DNA of 64,000 nucleotides from Torpedo marmorata. Its lineage: Eukaryota. Numbering within the stretch: the stretch's first letter is position 1; each line of letters begins with the position of its first letter. This document shows, one piece after another, positions 14,401-24,839 of the stretch. Both the position numbers and the translations under genes were made by a program. The notes beneath the pieces are model-generated. The model did not search any database. It worked only from the letters and a program-made list of their open reading frames with translations, and had not been told where the DNA came from. The DNA lies in assembly GCA_977017645.1 (NCBI GenBank), contig CDRNVU010000372.1:1-64000 (forward strand), in the 5' to 3' direction.

Positions 14401-15583
14401 TAGTTTTGGAAACTTGTTCTTTCTTTAATTGCCATGCTAAAACTTTATGTGCTCTTTCTCCCAATTCATAATATCTTTGCTTTGTTCTACCAATTAATTT
14501 TTCTATTTTTCGAGTTTGTAATATATTATAATGTAATTTTTTCCCCATTAAACATTGTCTCTTAAAAATTGTTTTATTTCTTTGAAAATCTTTTTCCATA
14601 ACTTCAATCTCCCCCTCCAGTTTTTCTTCTTCTTTCAAGTAATCTTTTCTGATTTTTGCCGAGAAGCTTATTATCAATCCTCTTAAATATGCTTTTAAAG
14701 ATTCCCAAATTATAAACTTATCATCAACTGAATTGTTATTAATTCTTAAAAATTCCTGAATTTCTTTTCTTATATATTCACAGAAATCTTTTCTATTTAA
14801 TAAAGAAGAATCTAATCTCCAATTATATACAGTTTTTTCTTTCTCTGGAATTATACATGTCATTAATAACGGTGAATGGTCCGAAATTATTCTTGCTTTA
14901 TAAGAAATTTGAGTTATTCTATCTTGAATTTGTGAAGATATTAAAAATAAGTCAATCCTCGAGAATGAATTATGTCGAAAGGAATAAAATGAATAATCCT
15001 TTTCTCTAGGGTTTAACTTTCTCCAAATATCTACTAAATTTAAATCATCCATTAAATTAATAATTCTTTTAACTATTTTAGGTCTAACAGATGTTCTAGA
15101 TGTTTTATCCATATTTGCATTAAGACAACAATTAAAATCTCCCCCAATTAAAATATTTTCCTTAGCTTCAGATAAATGTAAAAAAGTATCTTGAATAAAT
15201 TGTTCATCCTCTGGGTTTATAATATATAAATTTTAAAAGGTCCATGTTTCTGAATAAATTTGACAATGCACCATAACAAATCTACCAGCTATATCCGTCA
15301 CTACTGATTGTATTTTAAATGGTAATTTTTTATTGATTAAAATCGCTACTCCTCTCGCTTTAGAATTAAAAGATGAAGCTACTACATGTCCTACCCATTC
15401 TCTCTTCAACTTTTGATGTTCTTTATCAGTCAAATGTGTTTCCTGTAAAAAAGCTATGTCTACTTTTAATTTTTTAATATATGCCAAAGTTTTTTTCCTT
15501 TTAATTGGATTATTAAGCCCATTAACATTAATACTTACAAAATTAATACTTCTAGAATCAACCATAATTAAATTTTGAACATT
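11469..15583 (-). mobile_element. 5'-truncated L1 LINE with complete but disrupted ORF2; 11-bp TSD taccttttcct (11458-11468 / 15584-15594)
   Basis: APE (SINVNGL, FLQETH, SDH), RT (YRPISLLN, DAEKAFD, QGCPLSP, LFADD), C-terminal CFRC...H..WSC; poly(A) tail at the left end. Confidence 0.96.
11780..15565 (-). pseudogene. L1 ORF2 (endonuclease + reverse transcriptase) in three pieces: 15233-15565, 12515-15112, 11780-12415
   Basis: ORF track; frame breaks near 15230 and 12515. Confidence 0.93.
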
Positions 15584-15594
15584 TACCTTTTCCT

Positions 15595-15974
15595 CTTTAT
15601 CCCTTTGTTTTCTTCTGTCCGTCTACCCATTCACACTCCGCCTTCAACGTTTCCCAATTCTTGGACTTTCCATCAACCGCACATACCCCGACCCCTTTCT
15701 GACTTGCATCATCCCTCCAACTGGCCGACATCCACTGTTGTGCCTTCTTTTTCCATTGTGTGATTAGACATTTCCACTCAGGGCCATTCCCTTTCCTCCA
15801 TGTTGTCTGGGTTGCATGATCACAGGCTTCCATATCCCACATTCCCCCCCACTGGTCAAATCTCTTCCCCTAATCGCGTGGTCAGCTGCACACATAATTG
15901 TCTTAATTCTTTCGGAAATTTCAGAAATTCATCACCGGTGAATCTTTCCCTAATTTATCCAGAATTTGCCCCAT
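15595..15974 (-). pseudogene. gag: ERV gag N-terminus (matrix-like), decayed
   Basis: ATG at 15974 gives MGQILDKLGKDSPV (Gly2 myristoylation-type start); later LGEEI*PVGGMWD resembles the class I matrix WPxxG motif; stops and frameshifts present. Confidence 0.7.
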
Positions 15975-16250
15975 GTTCCCTTTATTTCAATTACTCTCTT
16001 AAACTCCCGTCTAAATCGTTTTAATCGTAACTCGGTGAGACTTCAACTCACCGCCCTTATAACACAACAGGACTCGAACCTCCCCTTCCTTCTACTTACA
16101 CCAATCTCTTTTTTTTCTGTAATCAACACCTGGCAGGACTCGAACACACCCTTTTCTACCAGGGCCTTTGTGGGTCTCGTCAAGGTTGTCCGGGTCAGAC
16201 TGGGGCGAGGGCTACACCGTGCCGAGGATAACAGCGAGAGACCAAGGTAA

Positions 16251-16259
16251 TCTTACCTG
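16251..16259 (-). promoter_or_regulatory. Retroviral leader major splice donor CAG|GTAAGA
   Basis: Near-consensus donor lying between the PBS and the gag ATG. Confidence 0.55.
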
Positions 16260-16312
16260 GCGGGCCCATCGGTCTGTCTCCTCAGTCCTGCATTGGCCAC
16301 TTATTCAGCCCG

Positions 16313-16330
16313 ATCCTGCTCGCAGTGACA
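16313..16330 (-). promoter_or_regulatory. Primer binding site, tRNA-Ser-like
   Basis: TGTCACTGCGAGCAGGAT vs recalled tRNA-Ser(CGA) PBS TGGCGCTGTGAGCAGGAT (15/18), 2 nt after an LTR end ...TATCA. Confidence 0.7.
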
Positions 16331-16332
16331 AA

Positions 16333-16520
16333 TGATAAAATTTTCGTGGCTTCCAAACCTTGAACAAATTTCTGGACCTTGTTAAAAGTACCACTTTATT
16401 AGTTTTGCAAAATTTGAGAACTCAGTTAACACAGGGTGCGCTGCTATCGAGAACTCGGGACACCTACACCCCCTCCCCCCCGAGAACTCGGGACAACCCC
16501 CCCACCCCCCCAGTTCCCGA
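16333..16520 (-). mobile_element. Partial ERV 5' LTR (R/U5)
   Basis: Ends in CA before the PBS; minus-strand AATAAA at about 16395-16400; upstream boundary lost at the CR1 fragment. Confidence 0.55.
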
Positions 16521-16990
16521 GACAGCACAGAAACAGGCCCCTCAGCCCAATTCATTCCAACCAAGGTGCCTATCTGAGCCAGTCCCAGTTGTCTGTGTTT
16601 GGACCATGAACCTCTGAACCTTTCCCATCCATGTGCCTGTTTAAATATCACTTCTTGGCCATAATTGTACCCACCTTTGCATCTTCCCCTGGCAGCTCCT
16701 TCCAGATACACACCACCCTCTGTGGATAAAAGTTGCCCCTTAGTTGTCCATGATCTCCCCATCACTGGGGAAAACACCATCACTATTCACTGTTAATTTT
16801 AACCCCTTGAAGGTCACCGTCACCCTCCAACAGTTCAGGGAACGATGTGCAACTCCACGCAGTCCCTCCTCATCACACAAACCCTCCCGGTGACATGACC
16901 AGGACATGTTTACAGCCAGTTCAGCTCCGTGACGTTAACATAAATGCAGTTTGGACAATCACATCCTCCTTGCTGCTTCACTTGTCGCTG
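16521..16990 (-). mobile_element. CR1-type LINE 3' fragment (old)
   Basis: acagcacagaaacaggccc tail; minus frame ...QRVVCIWKELP... matches the CR1 ORF2 C-terminus. Confidence 0.6.
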
Positions 16991-17404
16991 CCTTTGCTGT
17001 CCATTGAATATCTTCCATTTAACTTATACGTTCCCCTCACTCCCTGCCGGACTCGCACCAGCCCGGACCTTTGTGCTGCTCGCCCTCCTCCCCGAAGCCG
17101 CTGATCGCCAAAGGCCGCACTGAGACCCCAGCAGCACAAGCTACGCCCCTGCTGTCAATCAGAGGAGCGGCCCGGGGCAGCATGGGCTTGGGCTTCACAG
17201 AGACATTTCCAGGTTAAATCTGCAACTGGGGAACGGGAAGTGAAGTATTAATTGCAACCGGGAACAAGATGGAACAATGCAGCGAGGAAGGGGTGACAGT
17301 CTGAGCGACAGTCAGGAGGGGGGAGAACAGCAGCCAGTCCAGGGCACCGCTGTGGCTGTTCACTCAATAACACGTGTACCATTTTGCATCCTGTATGTGG
17401 AGTG

Positions 17405-17683
17405 AAGATAAAACTCTTCATAAGAAGACTATAACCAAATGTGTGGATTATTTCATTTAAAGAGTTTTATAAACATTAACACATTGGTCCAAATTACAGC
17501 GCAATAGTTGGTGAATTTCTTACATTGTTACTAAATGTTGGCCCTGGAAATCTGCAGAAATATTTTAACTTTTTAAGCGCCACAATGGAGAGTTTATAAA
17601 AGTTAGATTATTGCTGGAAAGGTTCTGTGCTGTAATGTGCATTCCTCAGAAAAGGGAGTACAGATAAAGCCATGTGAACAGCT
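17405..17683. repeat. Unclassified segment of about 280 bp, present as an inverted diverged copy at about 36246-36530
   Basis: Shared blocks gttactaaatgttggccctggaaatc, caatggagagttt, ctggaaaggttctgtgctgt, tcagaaaagggag. Confidence 0.85.
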
Positions 17684-18260
17684 GACACCTGAGATGTCCT
17701 CCCTTCTTCAGAAAAGGTGGCTTCCCCTCTATTCAGCTCTCAGCAGCAAAAGGGCTCAGGCCCAAAATGTTTGTAGCCTTTTACTTCATTCTGTGTGACC
17801 TTCTGCAGAAGGCGGCATTAAGCAAAAAGAGAAAAAACTGCAAAGGAACATGTGTTGTCAGAGTCGAAAAGCTACTCAGCTCTGCGTGAGCACCCAGTGC
17901 TAGCATATACATCAAGATGACGAAGGAATGAATAACTTAGCTTCAATCTTGCTTGTGTTCAGTATTCACTCTCTGCTGCACTTTATTTAGACACACCCAC
18001 TGATATATACATCACATCCTATCACATGCCAGTTTAAGGGAATCCTATTGGCTGTCATCAATGTCTATAACAGAAACACCTGAATGGATACATAACATTA
18101 GGTTTGCCTCTGTGACAACAATAAATAAACATTTTGTACAATTGAGGGCATATTTCCCCACATGTTAACACCCCCACTTGCACTCACATTGTTACCTTTT
18201 CAAATCAAAAACACAATAAGGTTCTCTACCTTACATTATGTGAATCTCACTTTTACATAC

Positions 18261-21200
18261 TTAATCTCCAAACATAAATCTGGCAAACTTTGACAACTTA
18301 AACTTCGTTGCAGGTTTTTTTCATCACATCTGCTACCATCTGATCTGTTGGACAATATGCTAGACTTATTTTTCCAATGTTTACACTTCATCTTATAAAA
18401 TGATATTTTATGTCAATGTGCTTACATCTCTGTCGACTTACTGGGTTTTTAGCCAAAGCTATTGTCCCCTGGTTATCTTCATAAACCTTGGGTAGTGGGT
18501 ACTGGCATTTGTCCATACCTTCTAGCAGTTGTGTTAAATGCATACACTCCTGTATGGTTGCAGCTAAAGACATATACTCTGCCTCGCAGGTAGAAAGGGC
18601 AACAGTTGGCTGCTTTTTAGTTTTCCAAGATATTAAAGGACCATTGTCTTTTAGGCTTACACAATACCCAGATGTACTACGTCTATCAGTGATGTCAGCA
18701 GCCCAGTCTGCATCACTGTATGCATGTAGTCCCAGATTGTCCTTATCACATTTCCTGTAACACAATTCTTTGTCACTTGTACCTTTCAGATATCTTAGAA
18801 CGTGTTTAACAGTCATCCACTGTTCTTCTGTTGGTTCAGAGAAATACTGCGATAGTTTGCTTACAACAAAACTTAAATCGGGTCTGGTGCATGTATTCAA
18901 ATAGATTAAGCTGCCTACAGATTCTCTGTATCTTCTGGTATCACTTATCTTTTCTGAATCATCAGAGTAGTTCAACTTCTGCTCACAAGGTGTCACTCTA
19001 GGTTTACAGTCTTTCATGTGAAACCTCTCAAGTATTTTTTTAACATATTTCTCTTGTGACATTTTTACAGATCCATCGCTTTGTTCAAAATCAATGCCAA
19101 GAAAATGTTTCAGTTTTCCCAAGTCTTTCATTTTGAACTTGGCTGTCAACATTTCTTCACCACTCTCAGTGCATTTTCATCACTTGCAGCAATGATTACA
19201 TCATCAACCCAAATTATCATGATCACTTTTTCATTTTCTGTTTCTTTTGTGTATACACAATGATCAGCCGGGTTCTGCACAAAGTTGTTGTCATTCAGAT
19301 AGTCATGTAAAGTCTTGTTCCAGTTTCTGCCAGACTGTTTCAATCCGTACAATGACTTCTCTAGTTTATACACCACTTTTTCAGTTGTGTTGGTTTTCAC
19401 CTCATATCCCTCTGGTTGTTCCAGGTAGATTTCACAGTCTATTGGTGCATGTAGATATGCAGTTTTCACGTCCATCTGATGTAGAATCAGGTTTTCCTGT
19501 GCTGCTTTCTGCATCAGGACTCTGATGCTAGTCAGGTTAGCAGTAGGTGAGAAAGTCTCATCATAGTCCACACCCTCTTTCTGACTGTATCCTTTTGCAA
19601 CATATCTTGCTTTGTACCTGTTAGATCCATCAACATTGTTTTTAAGAGCATACACCCATCTTCCCCCACTGCCTTCTTACCCTCAGGCAGGTTGGTTAAG
19701 GTAAATGTATTATTTTCTCTCAATTGAGTGCATCTCTTCATCCATAGCATTAACCCATTCTTTTGAGTTAGGGGATGTTACAGCATCTGTAAATGTTAGC
19801 GGTACATCACACATTATTCTGTAACAGTAATCAATGTTCATGAGCACCTGATCATCACTCTCTTCTAACACATAATCACTCAGATAACCTGGTTTCTTTC
19901 TCTCTCTGGAAGGGTACCTCCTGTGCTCATGTTTTGTCTCATTTGGTTGTGTTTGATTGTCCTCATCAGGCTTAGCTGCCTGTGACTGGCCCTGACTTTG
20001 TTCTGGACTCACATCAGTATTTTGCCTGGTGTTATAAACACTTCTTGGCACTTCAAAGTCACAATTATCAGGAGACATGTCTGTCTGTGTCTCTTGTTCA
20101 ACATTGTCTTTGGTCACAAATGTAACCAGTCTGTGCTTCTGCACTTTTCCACTGTAAGGATAATAAATCATGTAGGCTGGGCTGTTCTTATCGTACCCCA
20201 CAAAGATACCCCTTTCACACCTTGAATCCAGTTTTCTTTTATCTTGTTTATAGGCGTAACACTCCAACCCAAATCTTTGCATCCTGGAGAGGTTAGGCCT
20301 TCGTCCTGTCAGTAGGAAGTATGGTGTCTGCTTTGTACGGTTGCTAAAACACCTGTTCCTTATTACAGCTGCTGTCTGCACTGCATAAGTCCATAGGTCT
20401 TTTGATAACTCGCTGTCTATAAGCATACACCTCGCCATGTCAAAGAGTGTGCGCCAGTTTCGTTCTGCCGTACCGTTCTGGTGTGGTGAGTATGGCGCTG
20501 AGGTTTCATGTCTGATCCCATTTTTTCTCAGTAGTGTCTGGTAAGCTTTTCCCATAAACTCTGCACCGTTGTCAGATCTAATGCATTTTATTTTACCATA
20601 TGGTGCTGTATCAGCAAAAAAACTTCTCTGTTGCCTGCACTGTGTCACTCTTTTGTTTTAAAAAATACACAAACACTGCACTGGAAAAATCATCAGTGAA
20701 TGATCATGCAAACCTATAGCCATTTCTAGACTCTGGATGTATCGGCCCTGCTATATCTGTGTGTACTAGCTCTAAAGCTGCTTTGGCTCTTACATCAGGG
20801 TCTCTGTTCCTTGTCTGTATAAACTTTCCCTGAATGCACACTTTACAAAATGGAGCAGGTTTGTTTGACTTACCCTTAATAGTCATACCATCAACAACAC
20901 CCTGTAATTTCTGGACATCATCATAGTTGCAATGCCCTAGGATCTCATGCCATTGCTGTATGTCATAGCACCCCTTACATTTATCATCACATTCAACATT
21001 TTTAGTTTGCAAGTAATATAATCCGTTATTCATGTGAATGTTAAACTTCGTACCGTCTCTGTGTATGTGGTAAACCACTTTATATGTGTTGTGGGCTAGG
21101 GATAGGTTTGGACATGCCCTGCTGACTGTCCCAGTGACTCCTCCCACAATCCCCTTGAATAAAGGCCATTGTGCCACAACTCCTCCCCCAGTCCGGGACA

Positions 21201-22510
21201 GATCAGCAGCTCGAATGTAGCACCATTCTATAACCAATAAAAGCCTTTCAGTTCATATACAACTTCCAGTCTTTTGGGAGTCATTGATAGGTGTATCAGT
21301 GTATGAGGACATCTCGGCCCTTTCTGAAGATCACAGTTGCTCCACTTGTAGTAGCTGCTTTCACAGAAAACATATCCTGTGAATATGATGGGACAAACAA
21401 AGCTTTTCTCAGCGTCGTGGTGTGCTGCTGCCCTCTGCTGTCGATCAAGCACACCTCTGCATCTCCTCGGCGCTCTGCGACTCCTCTGCATCTCGTGCCA
21501 TCAGCCAACTCCACGAAGTGTGTCTGGGGCTGGAAATCATCATCAAAGTTTTTAAACTTTGCAATATCCGTGACGATATGCAAAGTTGCTCCGGAATCCA
21601 CCATCAGTCCCTTGTCGTCGATACTGCGCCCTGGCTGGAATGTCCGACCTTCATCACTCGCCCGGAAGGTGTACTCAGTGTCACTCACCTCCTCCAAAAA
21701 CTTTTTCGCGTTGGCTTGCCGCTGTCTCCGTCTGCACGTTGAATCCCGATGTGTGGTGCTTTTACACAAGCTACACCATTGTTTGCGTCGATAGTCTCTG
21801 GCTTTATGCCCCTTTAGTCCACATTTAAAACACACCATGTAAGTGCTGTCGGCTCCACGGTCACTTCTACTTACTGAAGTTGGTAAACCGCGCGCTTTCA
21901 TTACATTGTCATCAGATACTGCTGCGCGCATTTTCTCAGTGTCTTCATAGCTCCTGAGTTTTGTTTTAAAGTCAGCAAAACATATCTCCATTTCACTTTG
22001 TGTGACATGAATAGCAAATGGTTTGTATGACTCTGGCAGCCCTTTCAATATCATTGCTACTAGTAGTCCATCACTTAATTTTTCATCAGCTTTTCTCAAA
22101 GCTGTGATTATTGTCTCAGCACGAATAATGTACTCCGTCACACTTTCACTGCTCGACTTTTGTAATGAAGACAGTTCTGTGTACAAGCCGATAACACGTG
22201 GCTTACCTTTGCCAGCATAATAGTCTCTTAAAATCTGCAGTGCTTTCCGTCCATCGTCGGCAGCGTCTCGCATAACCAGCGACAAACTTTTATCGTCCAG
22301 GAACTGTATTAGCTCTGCGTAGGCCTCGGCATTTTTCTCCTCATCTTCGGCTTCCTCATCAGAGGTCGGCTCATTTAAAATAGTATTTTTAAGCTTAACC
22401 AGTCGAAGATGGCCCAAAAACTTTGTCTCCCAAAGTTCATAGTTTTTCTCGTCTCCGTCAAAGACTAGCCGTGACCAGCGGCCACTCGGCTCAGCGACCC
22501 GTTGGCTCAT
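18261..22510 (-). pseudogene. Copia gag-pol polyprotein, frameshifted
   Basis: CFKCGLKGH knuckle, DSGAT protease, WHEILGH/CKVC and SDNGAEF/QNGTAER integrase, KARYVAKGY/MDVKTAYL/LYGLKQS/WVDD RT, SDADWA/DNQG/KHIDIKYHFIR RNase H. Confidence 0.95.
21066..21298 (+). mobile_element. 233-bp solo LTR nested in Copia pol; 5-bp TSD GTGTA
   Basis: TG...CA ends, AATAAA near 21236, gtgta at 21061-21065 and 21299-21303; removal restores DVLIHRDGTK. Confidence 0.88.
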
Positions 22511-23329
22511 GGTGCTAGCATAGCATGCTAATTCTCACCGGACATGCTGTACGTTGCAACTTCTTCCTCGGCGATAAATGGCTGCACTCGTCTGGGTGAC
22601 TCTGGGCCCATAACCTGTTGTCAGAATCGAAAAGCTACTCAGCTCTGCGTGAGCACCCAGTGCTAGCATATACATCAAGATGACGAAGGAATGAATAACT
22701 TAGCGTCAATCTTGCTTGTGTTCAGTATTCACTCTCTGTGACACTTTATATAGACACACCCACTGATATATACATCACATCCTATCACATGCCAGTTTAA
22801 GGGAATCCTATTGGCTGTCATCAATGTCTATAACAAAAACACCCGAATGGATACTTAACATTAGGTTTGCCTCTGTGACAATAATAAATAAACATTTTGT
22901 ACAATTGAGGGCATATTTCCCCACATGTTAACAGTCTCCTCCGCTTCTCCTTCTCAGACGGGGGTGATCTTCCCGTCCTCTGGTGCCCTGCTCCAGTCCT
23001 CCGCTTCCCCGGAATCTGCAGCCCCTCGTGGCTGCTGCCGGTTAAAAGGCGCTGCCATCTTGGGCGCAGACCCCGCGGTCGCGGGATCTTAAATAAAACC
23101 ACCGTCGGCTCCTTTAACGGGCCGTTCAAAGCCCGTGCGGAACCGATGGCAGTCGACTGGGCGGCTGGACCCTGCGGGAGCGCCGGTTTGTGTGGCACAA
23201 TATCACTACCACATCTAACTCATCATTGCAGCAGAGTCCTAAGGCAACATTTCAGCATAAAAGGGAAGAACATTAATACTTACAACTGGTTTCTCTCCCC
23301 ACCTCTCCTCGGTCCACTGACTCAACCTG

Positions 23330-23610
23330 CAAGTTAATTTTTAGGGAATCCTACATGAGGACTCCCAGGTCTCTTGGACTTCCGCTTTCTGATTTCCTCC
23401 TCATTCAGAATGTGGTCCACTTTCTTATTCCTTCTATCAAAGTGCATCACCATACACTTCCCCATGCTGTGTTCCACCTGCCGTTGCGCATTCTCCCAAC
23501 CTATTCAAGTCCCTCTGCAAAGTACCTACTTCCTTAACACTATCCGTCCTTCCACCAATCTTTGTATCATCCGCAAACTTGGCTACAATGCCATCAATTC
23601 CTTCATTTAA
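23330..23610 (-). mobile_element. CR1 RT fragment
   Basis: ELNEGIDGIVAKFADDTKIGG...LQRDLNRL. Confidence 0.85.
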
Positions 23611-23614
23611 TTCT

Positions 23615-23745
23615 AAACAGGAAAGTCTGCAGATGCAACACACAAAAGTGCTGGAGAAACTCTGCAGGTCACACAGTGTCAAGAGGAAGCAAAGGGATAT
23701 AACCAACATTTCAGGCCTGAGCCCTTTGTCAAGGTATGAGCAAAA
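23615..23745 (-). mobile_element. Penelope pseudo-LTR remnant
   Basis: aaagtctgcagatgc...gtgctggagaaactc...tttcaggcctgagccctt resembles the reverse complement of 43480-43626. Confidence 0.6.
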
Positions 23746-23918
23746 AGCAGTCGGGTGCACCAGGCAGGCAACACAGCCTTCGGGATTCTCACTACAGAGA
23801 ATAGTGTCTGTAAGAGCCGTAGGCTCATTAACTTACCTTTGCTGCGGCGCTCCGATGCCTCGTCGGGTTGTGGAGCGCTCGCGTTGTCTGTGGGCCGTCC
23901 TCGGCCCGTTCTGTGCTC

Positions 23919-24600
23919 TGCGCATGCGCTGGAGTGCCGACGGGCGCATGCGCAGTATGGAGTGACGTCATTGTGCGCGGTGTAGTTTGGGAAATGTAGT
24001 ATGCGCGGTGGAGGGTGCGCAGTGGTATAGGAGCGATGGGGAATGCGCGAATTAGAGAAAAGGAAAAGGAATAAGATGTAGGAGGGTGAGTGAGATCTCC
24101 ATATCTTTATTGACCATTTTATAACGTCTTATACATCGTTTCAGAACATTGAACTGGTTACTTTGTAGTTTGGAATTGTTTAAAGAATCATTTAAAGAAA
24201 CTCATCATACATCGTTTTCAAGAACTGTTTATATTAAAGTCATTGAAGATTACTGCAAGTCACGTGTGTAAATAAAGATTTTGAACATATTGGACTTTGT
24301 TGATAAATTAATTAAAACGCGTCAAAGACAAGTATCTCACTTAGCCTCCAGGTGACTATTGTTGGATCGAAGTCACCACAATATAGTCAATAAAGAGCTG
24401 GCTGTTTGGAACAGAAAATTGAAGGAAAGAAGATAGAATAATCTCTCTGTGCTTTGGACTGATATTTAAAATAAAATGGCGGCCATCTTGAAGATCCCTC
24501 GAGTTGGGGGCAGTTTGTAATCCACATCCATCTGCCATGAATAACAGCCAGAGAGGGATTTAAAGCTTCAAATCTTATAGAAAAGTGTCCTATAAATACG
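23919..24600 (+). promoter_or_regulatory. LTR promoter motifs: NRF1-like GCGCATGCGC x2, CRE TGACGTCA (23963), back-to-back YY1-like aaaatggcggccatcttg (24473), TATAAA (24591)
   Basis: Motif matches in a CpG-rich U3; same motifs in the 3' LTR; function untested. Confidence 0.45.
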
Positions 24601-24839
24601 TTGGAGAAACCATTTTTGGAAATTCAGTGATATTAATGATGGATGTTGTGGTTGAAACTCGTTTGTGGATTGCAGCACATTACAGTCATTTGAAGTGGTA
24701 GGCATAAGTCTGTGGACTCCTTCAGTGTATCTTTAGCAAGTAAGAACACAGATTGGAATTGCTGCCGCTGGTCCATTGGGGACTGTTGATTTGGCTAGTG
24801 TTGTGTATGCTTGAAGGAAAGAGGAACAAGACGAGTAAA

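Larger units (their letters stand above)
17853..22933 (-). mobile_element. Ty1/Copia LTR retrotransposon with both LTRs (17853-18170 and 22616-22933, 318 bp each), decayed
   Basis: TG...CA LTRs with about 10 mismatches; PBS GGTTATGGGCCCAG at 22602-22615; PPT next to 18171; domain order gag-PR-IN-RT-RH. Confidence 0.97.

Noticed and set aside
24753-24839. Signal-peptide-like start MELLPLVHWGLLIWLVLCML suggesting env
   Set aside because: Begins at TTG rather than ATG, is frameshifted in the second copy, and lies upstream of the likely ATG at 24840; no env features
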